A stretch of DNA of 64,000 nucleotides from Octopus sinensis (lineage: Eukaryota): NCBI RefSeq assembly GCF_006345805.1, contig NC_043003.1, positions 94,488,001 to 94,552,000 on the forward strand, read 5' to 3'. Below the pieces are notes generated by a model. That model saw only the letters and a program-made list of their open reading frames with translations, was not told the origin of the DNA and ran no database searches. A program made the translations under genes and the position numbers. Each line of letters begins with the position of its first letter. Position 1 is the first letter of the stretch. This document shows positions 13,476-26,847 of this stretch, one piece after another.

Positions 13476-14504
13476 CTACACTGCCACTTCCTCCTCTTCT
13501 TTCTCTCTCAGACCAGTGAGATCGATGTGCGCGGTTGATATAAAGCTTAAAAATCTGGAAGTCGAAATCTGAAAAAAATCTCGAAGGAAAGGGTATTCCA
13601 GAGGACTTCATTTCTGATGGGGATTGGTTTGGGTATATATTTAGTGCAAGATTCGGTGTATGTGACATAGCAGCGATGACGAGAGTAAAATAGAGATAGG
13701 TGTATGGGATAGCCCAAAGAAGAAAGATTACATAGGTTTCTGCATATTCTGAGATGCAGAAGTTAACTTCGCAATGGTAGGTCAGAGAGCGTTGTTGGTT
13801 TCTAGCAAATAGTTCATTGACAGTCAGTAGCAGAAATAATGTCCCTTATATGTGAGATGTACTCCTGAAGGGGGAAGGGTGTGAAAGATACTAAGATATT
13901 AAAATGGGATCCAAGGGATAGATCTGGAGGAGCAACGCAATCCTTTATTCTGAAAGATTTCCTCACTATCTCCATGGATGTTGCATGATCTTTTTGACGC
14001 TTTAAAACAGTGAAATCGGACATCGATAAAATGAATGGTCCTAATTTTACTGATTTGTGGAAGAATGAAGGCAATGTCGACATCAATGGCATTTGAACTC
14101 AAAATTTGAAGACCTATAACAAAATAACATTAGACATTTTCTCCGATATTCTTCCAGTTATAGATTCCACATCTCTTTTAAAAATGGTGACAATATACAG
14201 AATTCTTTGTAAAATAGGTGTGGATCTGACGGAGTAAGTGTTACATTTTGAACAGACTCATTCTCCACGAATTCATTCAGATACATTACAAACTACTGAA
14301 CATGTCCAATGTAGGAGCTGAGACGTGAGAGGATTTTATTTCCCATTTACGATAAAGATTTTCCTATAATTCTATTGTATGCGTTTGGTTTATAAAAGCT
14401 CCAAATGAAGTTTCGAGCATTAATGTTTCAATATAATTTGATGGTGTTAAGGCCATGAAATATAAAACTCTCTCTCTAAATAGAATATTGGTCTAGAACG
14501 CTAG

Positions 14505-14595
14505 CAGAAACAGCAGCAGCAGAACGAAGAAGAAGAAGAAGAAGAAGAAGAAGAAGAAGAAGAAGAAGAAGAAAGAAGAAGAAGAAGAAGAAGAA

Positions 14596-14645
<50 letters not shown>

Positions 14646-14700
14646 CAACGGCGATGACGATGATGATGAGGAGGAGGATGATAACGACGACGACGAGCAA
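14505..14700. repeat. Compound trinucleotide tract (CAG)(GAA)n(GAT)n(GAG)(GAC)
   Basis: Direct reading. Confidence 0.95.
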
Positions 14701-15431
14701 AAGCAAAGGGAAGATGGGATATTATTCTCTCAAATGGTATTATATGCAATATGTATGAGTATGTGCTATCTAATATCATATATATACATATAGCATACGC
14801 GCACACACAACACGCGCGCGCACATACATACTTATATACATATATATCATTACGTTGTGTACGTGAGCGCTTTTACGTCATTTTTGCGTGCGGGCATTGT
14901 GTGTGCTGCTACGTGTAAATTACTAACACTATATTTTTCTTTTCTTTATTTTTTCTCACTTTTTCTTCTTTTCTGTTGGTCTTTTATAATTCGTCTTATC
15001 TTCTCCATTCCTTTCCAGTGCGGATGACGCGTTCTAAGCTCATCGTGATAATATTAATCACCTTAGATGCTTCCTACTCAAATCATAAATTATAGAAGGC
15101 AGATAATTAAATCTCCCGAGGCTACACCCATTTCAAAGTGTTTACTAAAACTGCTTTCCTCTTTGACTGTCAAAATGTGTATATTGCTTCTAATCTTTTT
15201 CTCTCATTTCTACGGCAAATGATTTCGCAACATAGGAAAAATGAGACTGAAGATTAGGTGCATGGTAAAATTATGTAACTGCTTTCTTTATGTTATATAA
15301 CATAGATGCCTACATTTTCGAAACATACGTAGTTTAGAGCTGATTCTTCTGTTCCTTTCTTTCACTTTCCGCATGCATACACACATATACGCATGCACAC
15401 ACATACGCGCGCGCGCACGCACATGTATATT

Positions 15432-15645
15432 CTTTTATTCTTTTATTCTTACACTTGATTCAGCGGCCATGCTGGGGCACCACCTTGATGAAATTTAGTC
15501 GAATGAATCTACCCCAGTACTTTTTATTTTTGGCCTCATACTTATGCTATCGTTTTTTTTTTTTCGCCGAACTGCTATGTTACGGGGACATAAACACACC
15601 AAACCTGATTGTCAAGCAATGTTGGGGTACAAACACAGACACACG

Positions 15646-15680
<35 letters not shown>

Positions 15681-15822
15681 GTGCACTTAGATATACGACG
15701 GGCTTCTTTCAGTTTTTGTCTACAAGGCAACAGTTGCCCAAGGTGTTGCCCAAGGTGCCACGCAGTGGAATTGAACTTCGAGCGATGTAGTTGGAAAGCA
15801 AGCTTCTTACCACAGAGCCACA
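15432..15822 (-). mobile_element. SINE family B
   Basis: Reverse complement matches family B. Confidence 0.85.
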
Positions 15823-16046
15823 TCTGTGATTATATATGTTTATACATACATATACATTTGTGTGTGTGTGAGCGCGCGCGCACTATATTTTTCTTTAAAC
15901 ACTGATTTTCTAAAGGGCATACAGTTTTGTTTAGACAATTACACAGGGAGTTATTCACTTGCATTTGGTACTCATAGTTAAGAGTATTTCCAGTAGTCGT
16001 CAATCGCAAATTATGTGTTAAGGTGATATTATTATTATTATTATTA

Positions 16047-16102
<56 letters not shown>

Positions 16103-16331
16103 GGGGCACCTTGTTAGGTCGGAATAATATACACACACAATAACATTGAGTAAATATCAAATTTGGTACATAAGTACTGGCCCAATGGTATTCTTGCAGT
16201 GTATGTAGTCGATTAGACCCTGCTGAATGAAGAAATCGGCTCTTGAATTATTCAGATATGTACATTATATTAAGTATACTATCCATAATATTTGCGAAGG
16301 GTAGATTCCGAGAAAGATGAAAAAAATATTA

Positions 16332-16770
16332 ATGAGAAACAGTAGAAGTACACGTGTCAATCCATTACAGTCGCTTCTAACGGCTCTTTTAACTGATTAA
16401 TGAAAATATTACATCAGTGTAAAGAACCCGTTTTCGTCAAATGAATTCATGAACTTCAAAGTAAAGGACATACAGAATGATTTAGCATAGTTTAAAATCC
16501 ACGGATCAAAACCGTTTACAGTGATTCTGCTACTATTTCAGTTGGCAGAATGGATTTCCCAGAAATAGTAGCAGAATCACCGTAAATGTTTTTTGCTCCA
16601 TGGACTTTAAACTATGTTAAATCATTCTGAATGTCCTTCATTTTGAAGTTCAAGAATTCATCTGAGGAAAACGGTTTCTTTACAGTGGCGTATTGTATAC
16701 ATTATTCAAATAAAGGAGTCGTTAGAATCGGCCATAATGGATTGACATCTGTATCTCTACTGCTCCTCAT
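16332..16770. mobile_element. Foldback / palindromic MITE-like element, ~210 bp arms and 22 nt spacer
   Basis: 16332-16539 is the imperfect reverse complement of 16562-16770 along its whole length. Confidence 0.8.
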
Positions 16771-16821
16771 ATATATATATACATATATATATACATATAT
16801 ATATATATATGTGTGTATATA

Positions 16822-16877
<56 letters not shown>

Positions 16878-17059
16878 ATATATATTATATATATAAATAT
16901 ATTATATACATATAATATATATTTATGTATGTATATATATATATATATATATACATAAACATCTATATATGTATATGTATTATTATTATTATGATATATG
17001 TGTATATATATATACAGGCATAGGTAGATACACAGACTCACAGACAAATAGAGAGAGAG

Positions 17060-17266
<207 letters not shown>

Positions 17267-17473
17267 CGTATTCATCTTCGAGATGTAAATTCATATCCTG
17301 ATAAATCAACATCACTGGCATCATGTTAACACATCAACGCATATATTTGGAAAATTCTCATGGAATAAAAAAACACCGTGTCATTCAAAACCGTATCTTA
17401 TTACTTGCATAAAGATCAAAACGCAAAAAAACAATCATCAGGATGTCTTACACACGTCATAGCCATACATACA

Positions 17474-17505
<32 letters not shown>

Positions 17506-17694
17506 CATACATACATACATACATACATACATACATACATACATACATACATACATACATACATACATACATGCAAACATACGTATATACATATATATAT
17601 ATTATATATATATATATATATATGTATGTATATATATATATATATTATATATATATATGCATATATAATTTATATATATATATATATATATATA

Positions 17695-17731
<37 letters not shown>

Positions 17732-17762
17732 TATATATATATATATGTTTATATATATATAT

Positions 17763-17832
<70 letters not shown>

Positions 17833-18261
17833 GTGTGTGTGTGTGTGGTGTGTGTGTGTGTGTGTGTGTGTACATATGTATGTATATATATCAGGTGTCA
17901 TGTATAAGAAAATTTATATATAGAGATATTATTAGAGACAGCTATCATTTTTTTGTTTGTTTTTATATGTACACTTATAGCTGTCCAAGTCTATATTCCT
18001 CAGTCTGTATGCATATGTACATCATAGGAATATTTCTTTCCTCATAGATAAGAAAGAAACATATCCTACGGATAAATACAAATATGCACACAATTACACA
18101 AATACCCACCCACAGCTAAAGCACATACACGCATTTGTGTGTCCACAAATTCACGTATGGACAGAATTAATTTGCATGTGCATATGTATAAAATGCTAAA
18201 CAAGCGCGCGCACACACACTTATACATGCATACAAGCATTCATATATGTATGTATATGACG

Positions 18262-18449
18262 CCATGATAGATCGTTAGCTCCTACACGCATTTTTTTCTC
18301 TCCTTGTTTTTTTCTGTGTATCTTTCTGTCGAAGAGCGTAGGCTCGAAACATAAAAGACTTTTTCTATTCCTGAGCGCTATACTAATACATTTGTTTGTT
18401 TGTACTCCACCTGCCTTCGTCTTCTGTTTATCTTCGTAAACTTTCCCTT

Positions 18450-18450
<1 letters not shown>
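18262..18450 (+). mobile_element. ~190 bp dispersed element (family E) with hammerhead-like motif at 18321-18358, ending in (TA)n
   Basis: Aligns with 38740-38928 and the reverse complement of 50456-50643. Confidence 0.8.
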
Positions 18451-18481
<31 letters not shown>

Positions 18482-18710
18482 TATGATAGAGAAATGACTC
18501 AATAATATATGCATGTATATTGACTGAAATATAGAAATATAATTATCATTGGAGTAAGAAATATGTTTCCGTTCTAATATTTGTCTCTTTATGTATGTAT
18601 GTATGTATGTATGTATGTATGTATGTATGTATTATGTATGTATGTATGTATGTATGTATGTATGTATGTATGTATGTATGTATGTATGTATGTATGTATG
18701 TATGTATGTA

Positions 18711-18921
18711 CAGGGTGCAACTGAAATACCTCTCACATTTGAAAGATTGACAAAAGGGAAAAGAAACAACATTTATGAAAAATTAATTTTACTGTTGTTT
18801 AAAGAGAGGGTTACAGTTTTTGTTCATTAGCTAAATGAAAACATCATTGGCATTTGCATAAGTTTATTAGCAACACATAGGTGAAAGTTTAAAATGTGGG
18901 AGGTATTTCTGCCGCACTCTG
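18711..18921. mobile_element. Tc1/mariner-type MITE, ~33 bp TIRs, TA target site inside (TATG)n
   Basis: Left CAGGGTGCAACTGAAATACCTCTCACATTT vs right reverse complement CAGAGTGCGGCAGAAATACCTCCCACATTT; TA on both sides. Confidence 0.85.
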
Positions 18922-19072
18922 TATGTATGTATGTATGTATGGATGGATGGATGGATGGATGGATGGATGGATGGATGGATGGATGCATGCATGCATGCAT
19001 GCATGCATGTAGCTATCTATCTGTCTATCTATCTGTCTGTCTATCAATCTATCGATCTACACCTTATATATA

Positions 19073-20350
19073 CATTGGATTGGTAAAAAAGTTCGAAGCG
19101 TTTCTTAAGTAAAATTCATTAACAATGCTTAGATAACTGGACATACTTTTACTCAACCACATATTTCCCATTTTGTTCCACTACCTTTCGCCACCTTTTG
19201 ATCCCATCCTCCCAGAACTTGGCATCTTTCTGATCTAAGTTCATGAACATGTTTAAGTGGGTTTTTTACACACTTTTAAAGAATTGAAGTGCTTCCCATT
19301 AAGAGAAATTTGTAGGGATTGTAATAAATGATAACCTGAAGGTACAAGGTCAGGTGAGTTCGGTGGATGGGATAGGACATCCCACCCTAGCTGCACCAAT
19401 TTCTGCTTGGTCTGCAAAGAAACGTACAGTCTAGTGTTGTCTTGATGTATGACGGCACTCTTTCGGTTGGTCGTTTTTCGTTAATTGCCTCCTTTAAGCG
19501 GTCTAATTGGGAACAATAAATAGTCTGAATTTAATGTCTGATTTCCTGAAAGCAGCTCGTAATGCTCTTCCAATCCCACCAGATACAGAGCATCATCTTT
19601 GGATACGGACCAGCTTTTGAGGAGATTGCAGGCGGTTCATCTCGTTTTCCCCAGGACTTTTTCGTTTTATGTTACCATAAATAATTAATTTCTTATCACA
19701 CGTGATCGTTCTTTTCAAAACTGGATCATTTTTTATTTCGTCTGAGCAGAGAATCGCAGATGGAAATGCGCTCTATTAAGTTTTTTTTCCCCCGTTAAGT
19801 TATAAAGCACCCAAACATCTTAGCGATTCACCTAATCAAATGTTTTTAAATGCTTTATAATGCTCGCATAAGATATGTGGAGAATTTCTACATTGTCTTG
19901 CGTTATGTGACATGAATTATTTTTTATTAAAGTCTTGATTTGTTCATTGTCAACAACTGTAGGTCTGCCAGAAAGCTCACGATTTTCCAGGTCAAACGTT
20001 TTGGTTCTAAACCTAGCAAACCATTTACGAACAGTATTTGCAGCAATGATACCATCTCTATAAACAGCACATATCTTCTTTGCTATTTGTGCAGCATTTT
20101 TACCTTTCCGGAAACAAAAGAGCATTAAATTATGAAAATGTATTTCATTTTCCTTTATTTTCAACATTATCTTAAGAACAACGTAGAAGTAAATAATCCA
20201 CACAAAATTCAAATAGGAAAATGCGTTAAGATTTCTTCTTTCAGAATATATATATATATATATCATATGTTCCTGTCACGTGATAAAACAGATCACGTGA
20301 TTAAACATCACCAATTGAAAAACACTACGAACTTTTTTACCAACCCAATA
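19073..20350 (-). mobile_element. Full-length (1278 bp) decayed mariner transposon
   Basis: TIRs (C/T)ATTGG(A/G)TTGGTAAAAAAGTTCG with TA flanks; HTH region LFCFRKGKNAAQIAKKICAVY...RKWFARFR...SGRP in the ORF track; by eye also TCDKKL, HQDNTR, SHPPNSPDLVPSGYHL with frameshifts. Confidence 0.95.
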
Positions 20351-22689
20351 TATATATATCAGATCATCCCATAAGTTCTTCCCAAAGTGTCAACACAACA
20401 AATTTCCTCCCCGTTCATGTGTTTTAGGTTTTAAAAAAATGAACCGGAGTTGAAAGAGATATTGTCAAACAAAGTAATATGTGAAAAGATTGGTTCATTT
20501 TTTTTAATGAGCGAACACATGTTAAATTATAATACAGTGGAATAGGTACGGCCATTAAAGTGAGTATATTAGTATATTAATAATCTTTATGCATATGAAT
20601 TTGTAAAAGCAATAAACAAAAGACTAGATGGGAAAAGAATTAGAAAGGTAAATGTATCACAATAACGGTGACGAGCATGTATGAGAAGCTTTTTTTGAAC
20701 TTACCTGTCTTATATAACTACACAAATTACCTTACATTACGCTCACAAACTTACCGGTTTGTTGCACATATACTATTTATCATTCTAATGGGCTCTACTT
20801 CAACACTATTTCGCGTCTTTCCCTCTCATCCAGCCTTTATTTTTTTATGTCCCTTTTGCCATTATAACTATTCCCAGCCCTTCTAATATTTATTCAAGTC
20901 ATCAACGCTTTTACTTTAATGTCTGATGACTCAGTCAATTAAACTTAGAAGTCACAGTCACCTTGCATTTGGCTTTAACAATGAGTGTTTGTGTGTGATT
21001 ATATAAGCGTCACAAATCCTATCGCGTCGATGATATATTTTGCATTTTACTTTGAGAACAATTAAATGAGTGTCAGACAAAGTACTGGGGCTGTAATAAT
21101 TAGCTAAAATCATTTGAAGGTGATATCTCATTATGGGGCTGGCCAGTTACTGAAACTATTAAAAAGAAGAATAAAAGAAAAAAGGCAAAAATTCTGTATA
21201 GTCAATTCAAATGATTTTAACTATCATTTTAACTTACAAATTATTGAAAATGTACTAACGTACAAAGAAAACCATTGTATTTTGCCGTATATTCTTAATT
21301 TTGTAACCTTCAAGCTTAAAATAAATTATTGATGCAATTTATAACTTTCAAGACAAAATTGTCAACAGAACCTCAGTTCAATAGTAATTATATAATGTCT
21401 AGCCAGTTCGAAGAAGCTAACTAATGTATCTCAGCTGATTCAATGATTTCTTTAGTTTAGTTTATTTATTTAACTTTTTATTTAGTATATTGAAAGCGTT
21501 AGGTGACAAAACTTTGTATCTAAGTTACCGAAATCAACAACAAAGTCAAACGTAATGTGTTTCAAATTATAGCAGATAACATATGTTACACTGTTCTTAG
21601 GTTTTATCAAATAGGATTAAGCTAATGTGCTACCTTCATTGTCTTACTAAGAGCAGTTGTCAGTGAGCTGGATTTAACTATGTTTCCTTAAATATTATCT
21701 TCATATGAGAAATCGAAGCTATTGGGTATTGAAGCACTATCTTTATATAACATATTCACAAGGAGTTGTAGCTACACTTCACACAATGAATCAAAGCTAA
21801 ACTTCAAAGAATTAATTAGCACACAGTTCCTGACAAAGAATCGAAGCTAAACTGTTTTCTTTCCAGAAGCCAAATCAATGACAGACTTGAGACGAAAGGA
21901 AGTTGTTCTGAGATTAATCGATTCGATGGAACGAGGAAATGATCTCCGTTCGTTTGTGTTATAATTATTCATCAATTCTACAATCGACGTGTAAACGATG
22001 TAATGTTAAAGGTCAGACTGACAATAACAACTTCCAACAGTCTCTCTCTCACTATTTTAGTTTCAGTCAGACACGCCACAACACAATTACTAACATTGTA
22101 ATTGTCACAAATGAGTCGTGTCCATAGGAAAAGGCAAATATTCTAAAGATCATGCCTTTCGAAGGAGTAAATCTTACGTAAAATATTAAACGCTTATAAC
22201 TGTGAAGTGAAAATAGATTGTGGAACTGTTTCACTGGAAATTTACTTCTTCCTGCACAGAATTTGATGTACGCTTTATTTGAGGACATATATGTAACCGA
22301 AGGTTGAACTTACCATGAAATAATACTGATGTCATCTTACGAGACACACGGCTATGGGTTTAAAGAAGTAGAGGGGAAATAGTCCTGAAGGAATTACCTA
22401 TATCCCTTTAGGTCTTCATTTGGCACTGTTGCCTTCGCTTCCATTTAGTGGTCTCCTTTCAGTCATCGTGAATAAGAGCAATGTACTGTGTTGTACGCTT
22501 GGCGTACCGAATCCTACAGTGACGGTAATAGGCAAGAAAATCACACCAAATAGTAAAATGGTAGAATCCTAGGAAATTAATGATGTACTGTTTCTATAAA
22601 TAACAAGGTGAAAAGGATGGAGGGATGGTATTGAAAGGTAGAAAGTGTGTCCTATCAGACGAAACACAGACGAGAATGCTGAGTATAAT

Positions 22690-23084
22690 CCTTTCTACTA
22701 AAGGCACAAGGCCTGAAATTTAGGGGAGAGGGAAGTCGATTTCATCGACCCCAGTGCATAACTGGTACTTATTTAATCGACCCTGAAAGGATGAAAGGCA
22801 AAGTCGATCCCGGCAGAATTCGAGCTCAGAACGTAGCGGCAGACGAAATACCTATTTCTTTACTACCCACAAGGGGCTACACACAGGGAGGACAAACAAA
22901 GACAGACAAACGGATTAAGTTGATTATATCGACCCCAGTGCGTAACTGGTACTTAATTTATCGACCCCGAAAGGATGAAAGGTAAAGTCGACTTCGGCGG
23001 AATTTGAACTCAGAACGTAACGGCAGACGAAATACGGCTTCGCATTTCGCCCGGCGTGCTAACGTTTCTGCCAGCTCGCCGCTT
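22690..23084 (-). mobile_element. SINE family A, composite form
   Basis: Complete unit followed at AAAGAAATAG|GTATTTCG by a second body with a different tail. Confidence 0.9.
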
Positions 23085-23351
23085 TAATGCTGCGTATAAT
23101 GAAACATAAGGTCAATGGAAATGGTACATGCACAAGCAAAGTGGGTATGAAAGGAGAGAGGGTAATTTTGTAGAAGATTATTAAGAGCAATTAAAACCAA
23201 GGTGGGGAGAAAGATGAAAGATGAGGTTATTTGTGTTTTTAGGTGCAAGCGAGAATGTTCAGATCACTGAGATATAAAAAGAACGAGCCGTGGGAGGAAA
23301 AACAAGTTTAAAGAATTATTTTTGTAGACGGAATGTTACTATAAATATACT

Positions 23352-23772
23352 CTTACTCTTTTACTCTTTTACTTGTTTCAGTCATTTGACTGCGGCCATG
23401 CTGGAGCACCGCCTTTAGTCGATCAAATCGACCCCGGAACTTATTCTTTGTAAGCCCAGTACTTATTCTATCGGTCTCTTTTGCCGAACCGCTAAGTGGC
23501 GGCGACGTAACACACCTGCACCTGCATCGGTTTGTCAAGCAATGCTAGGGGGACAAACACAGACACACAAACACACACATATATATATATATATCTATAC
23601 ATATATACGACAGGCTCTTCTTTCAGTTTCCGTCTACCAAATCCACTCACAAGGCATTTGTCGGCCCGGGGCTATAGCAGAAGACACTTGCCCAAGATGC
23701 CACGCAGTGGGACTGAACCCGCAACCATGTGGTTGGTTAGCAAGCTACTTACCACACAGCCACTCCTGCGCC
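23352..23772 (-). mobile_element. SINE family B, young copy
   Basis: Near-consensus reverse complement. Confidence 0.92.
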
Positions 23773-24576
23773 TGTATCATATGTATCATCTCTAAAAAGA
23801 AATTATTAAATTTTATACGTCTATATATGTGGCTCGTATTTATAATTCTTAAATTTCTTAAAATTTCGGCAAAGATTGGAATCATAGACCGTATCTTAAA
23901 ATTAGTGATCTAATCTTACAATTTCTATTAATGCGAAATTCTGCAATTTGATCCAACTTTACAATTTCCGTTAATGCAGAATTCCGTAACCAGAATTCCT
24001 ATAAAGCGTGAGGCATCTGTATACAAACATAATTCACTGAATATACATACAAACATAGGTATTTTCTACTGTAACTTCGGGCCAACCAAAGCTTTGCGAA
24101 TGGGTTTTGCAGAAAAAAATGAGAAAGAAACCGTCATATATATATATATATAATCTATATATATATATATATATATAATAATATATTAGGGAGTAAATCC
24201 AACTTACAGGGAAAAATTAGATTTAGGATTAAATCTAATTTTATAGTATAAATATATATTATATAAATTAGAGATAAACCACTATTAGGGAAATCAAACA
24301 GTGAAAATCATAAGCCAATACATAGAAATAAAAATAATTAAAAAATATATAAAAAATATAAAATATAAAATATAAAAATCCAATTAAAATTTTAAATTAA
24401 AGTTAACATTTTTTTTTAATGATTTAAATTAATAATTTAAACTTTAAATTATAAATATATATATTATTATTATTATTTATTTAATTATTTATTTTTTATT
24501 ATTTTATTATTTAATTTATATTTTTATTTTTTACTTTCTATATTTTTATATTTTTATCTTTATTATCTCTAATTTA

Positions 24577-24633
<57 letters not shown>

Positions 24634-24638
24634 AGGGG

Positions 24639-25057
24639 GGCTAAAACAACTGTAACATCGTCCTTTACAGAACTGCCACATCATGTTGGCATATAAACAT
24701 TGCTATCCGATACTATTGCTGTATTTCTCTCGCCCAGAGATTTAAAACATATTCTTTTTCTCGATACGATATCAACGACCGTGCATCGCTTAAAGAATAT
24801 ATAGTATTTGCGAGTGGAGATAGTTTTCGTCACTAGCTGGTGATGGTCTCACACTGAAGACGGATAACATCTAGAAACCTAAGTCTGTTAGGCTAAAGAT
24901 GGAAGCGATGACAAATACCCATCCACCATTGCAAATGCTATATACGATCACAGACTGCGTCGTAAGCCAGGTAGAAGAGATGTTCCTCTGAGGCTGAAGC
25001 AAGAGTAACATCGTCTTTTACAGGACTGCCACGTTGTTAGCATATAAACATTACTAT
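24639..25057 (+). mobile_element. Retrozyme-like terminally redundant element (353 nt period, ~67 nt direct repeats)
   Basis: 24639-24706 repeats at 24992-25057 (9 substitutions plus a 2-nt indel); a single hammerhead lies inside. Confidence 0.65.
24844..24895 (+). ncRNA. Type I hammerhead ribozyme, predicted GUC cleavage after 24885
   Basis: uggucucaca-CUGAAGA-cggauaacaucua-GAAAC-cuaa-GUC-uguuaggcua; stem I 9 of 10 pairs, stem II 4 pairs with C.A closing mismatch, stem III 2 pairs plus tetraloop. Confidence 0.75.
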
Positions 25058-25086
25058 ATGTGTGTGTGTGTGTGTGTGTGTGTTTG

Positions 25087-25237
<151 letters not shown>

Positions 25238-25276
25238 CATATATATATATAATATATATACATAATACATATATAC

Positions 25277-25309
<33 letters not shown>

Positions 25310-25367
25310 CATATATATATATACATATATATACTACATATATATATATATACATATATATATATAC

Positions 25368-25405
<38 letters not shown>

Positions 25406-25407
25406 TA

Positions 25408-25438
<31 letters not shown>

Positions 25439-26088
25439 TATGTATCTATGTATCTATGTATGTATTTATGTGTGTGCCTTTGTGTTTGTGTTTGTCCCCT
25501 ACAACCGCTTGACCACCGGTGTTGGTGTGTTTTCGTACCAGTAACTTGGAAGTTCGGCAAAAGACACCGATACAAAAGCACTACATTTTCAAAAATTAAG
25601 TCCTGGGATCGATTTGTTCGGCTAAAAACCCTTCAAGGCGGTGCCCCAACATGGACACAGCCTAACGACTGAATCGAGTAAAAGATAAAAATTAAAAATT
25701 ACAGAAGAATCAGGATCTGTGAACGCCGCCGTCATATATTTTCACCGTCCTTAAATTAAGTTATTCAGTTATATTTTTTTCTTATGTCTACTCCAATTAA
25801 CTCTCAAATCCTCTTCTGGGTATGAAAACAATTGTATAACAAAACCATGAACTTACGATATCGATTATAACAAATTAAATCATATATTCAGTTTGTTTCG
25901 TATATTTATTTTACTTAATCATTTATGTTTTATGGTGTCTACAAAACAATTACCTGTCTATTTCCTAACTTCCTATATTTATTATGCTTATGTTTATACA
26001 GGTGTGTATGTATGTATGTATACATAAACACGCAATCACACATAAACACGCAATCACACATGTACATGGATATATATATATATATATA

Positions 26089-26143
<55 letters not shown>

Positions 26144-26145
<2 letters not shown>

Positions 26146-26442
26146 AGGCGCAATGGCCCAGTGGTTAGGGCAGCGGTCTTGCGGTCGTAGGATCGCGGTT
26201 TTGATTCCCAGACCGGGCATTGTGAGTGTTTATTGAGCGAAAACACCTAAAACTCCACGAGACTCCGGCAGGGGGGGGGGGCACCCCTGCTGTACTCTTT
26301 CGCCGCAACTTTCTCTCACTCTTTCATCTGTTGGCCTGCTCGCTTCGCCAGCGAGATGGCGTCATTTGAAGGCTAAAACAATGCGAAGCGCATTGTGACC
26401 AGCAATGTGTAGCAACATCTGATAGCCTGGTCGGTCACGGTG
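26144..26442 (+). mobile_element. SINE family C
   Basis: Matches 12108-12415. Confidence 0.9.
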
Positions 26443-26444
26443 TA

Positions 26445-26494
<50 letters not shown>

Positions 26495-26496
26495 TA

Positions 26497-26660
26497 GGCA
26501 GCGGCGTGGATGCCTGGAAAGAAGTTTGATCCTCTGCTATATGATTGCAGGTTCAGTCCGACTGTGTGGCATCTTGACCAAGTATCACCTATAATGACTA
26601 GCTGACCAAAGCCTTACGAGTGGATTCGGTTCGCGGAAAATGGAAGACTCCTGTCATATA
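26497..26660 (+). mobile_element. SINE family B, decayed 5' half
   Basis: Head and CORE-like box recognisable. Confidence 0.65.
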
Positions 26661-26725
26661 CATAGATAGATAGTTAGATCGATAGATAAAACTTACTTGG
26701 AAGATGCGTGGCGTTCAATCATATG

Positions 26726-26810
<85 letters not shown>

Positions 26811-26811
26811 G

Positions 26812-26847
26812 CTGATAAAAGCTGAAGGGTATATCAGCCGAAACGCT
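26812..26847 (+). ncRNA. Degenerate minimal hammerhead relic (Penelope-like)
   Basis: CUGAUAA-a-aGCUGA-aggguaua-UCAGCc-GAAAC-GCU: hairpin and GAAAC correctly placed, but G8, G10.1 and U16.1 are altered. Confidence 0.4.

Noticed and set aside
13650-14060. Possible LINE endonuclease relic (LGSHFNILVSF)
   Set aside because: One weak motif resemblance only.
21705-21855. Three spaced GAATC(G/A)AAGCTA motifs suggestive of a repeat-spacer array
   Set aside because: Only ~12-15 bp, irregular spacing, eukaryotic context; not CRISPR-like.
21868-21965. Good acceptor TTTTCTTTCCAG followed by AKSMTDLRRKEVVLRLIDSMERGNDLRSFVL-stop
   Set aside because: No strong donor, two frames similarly open, no recognised homology.
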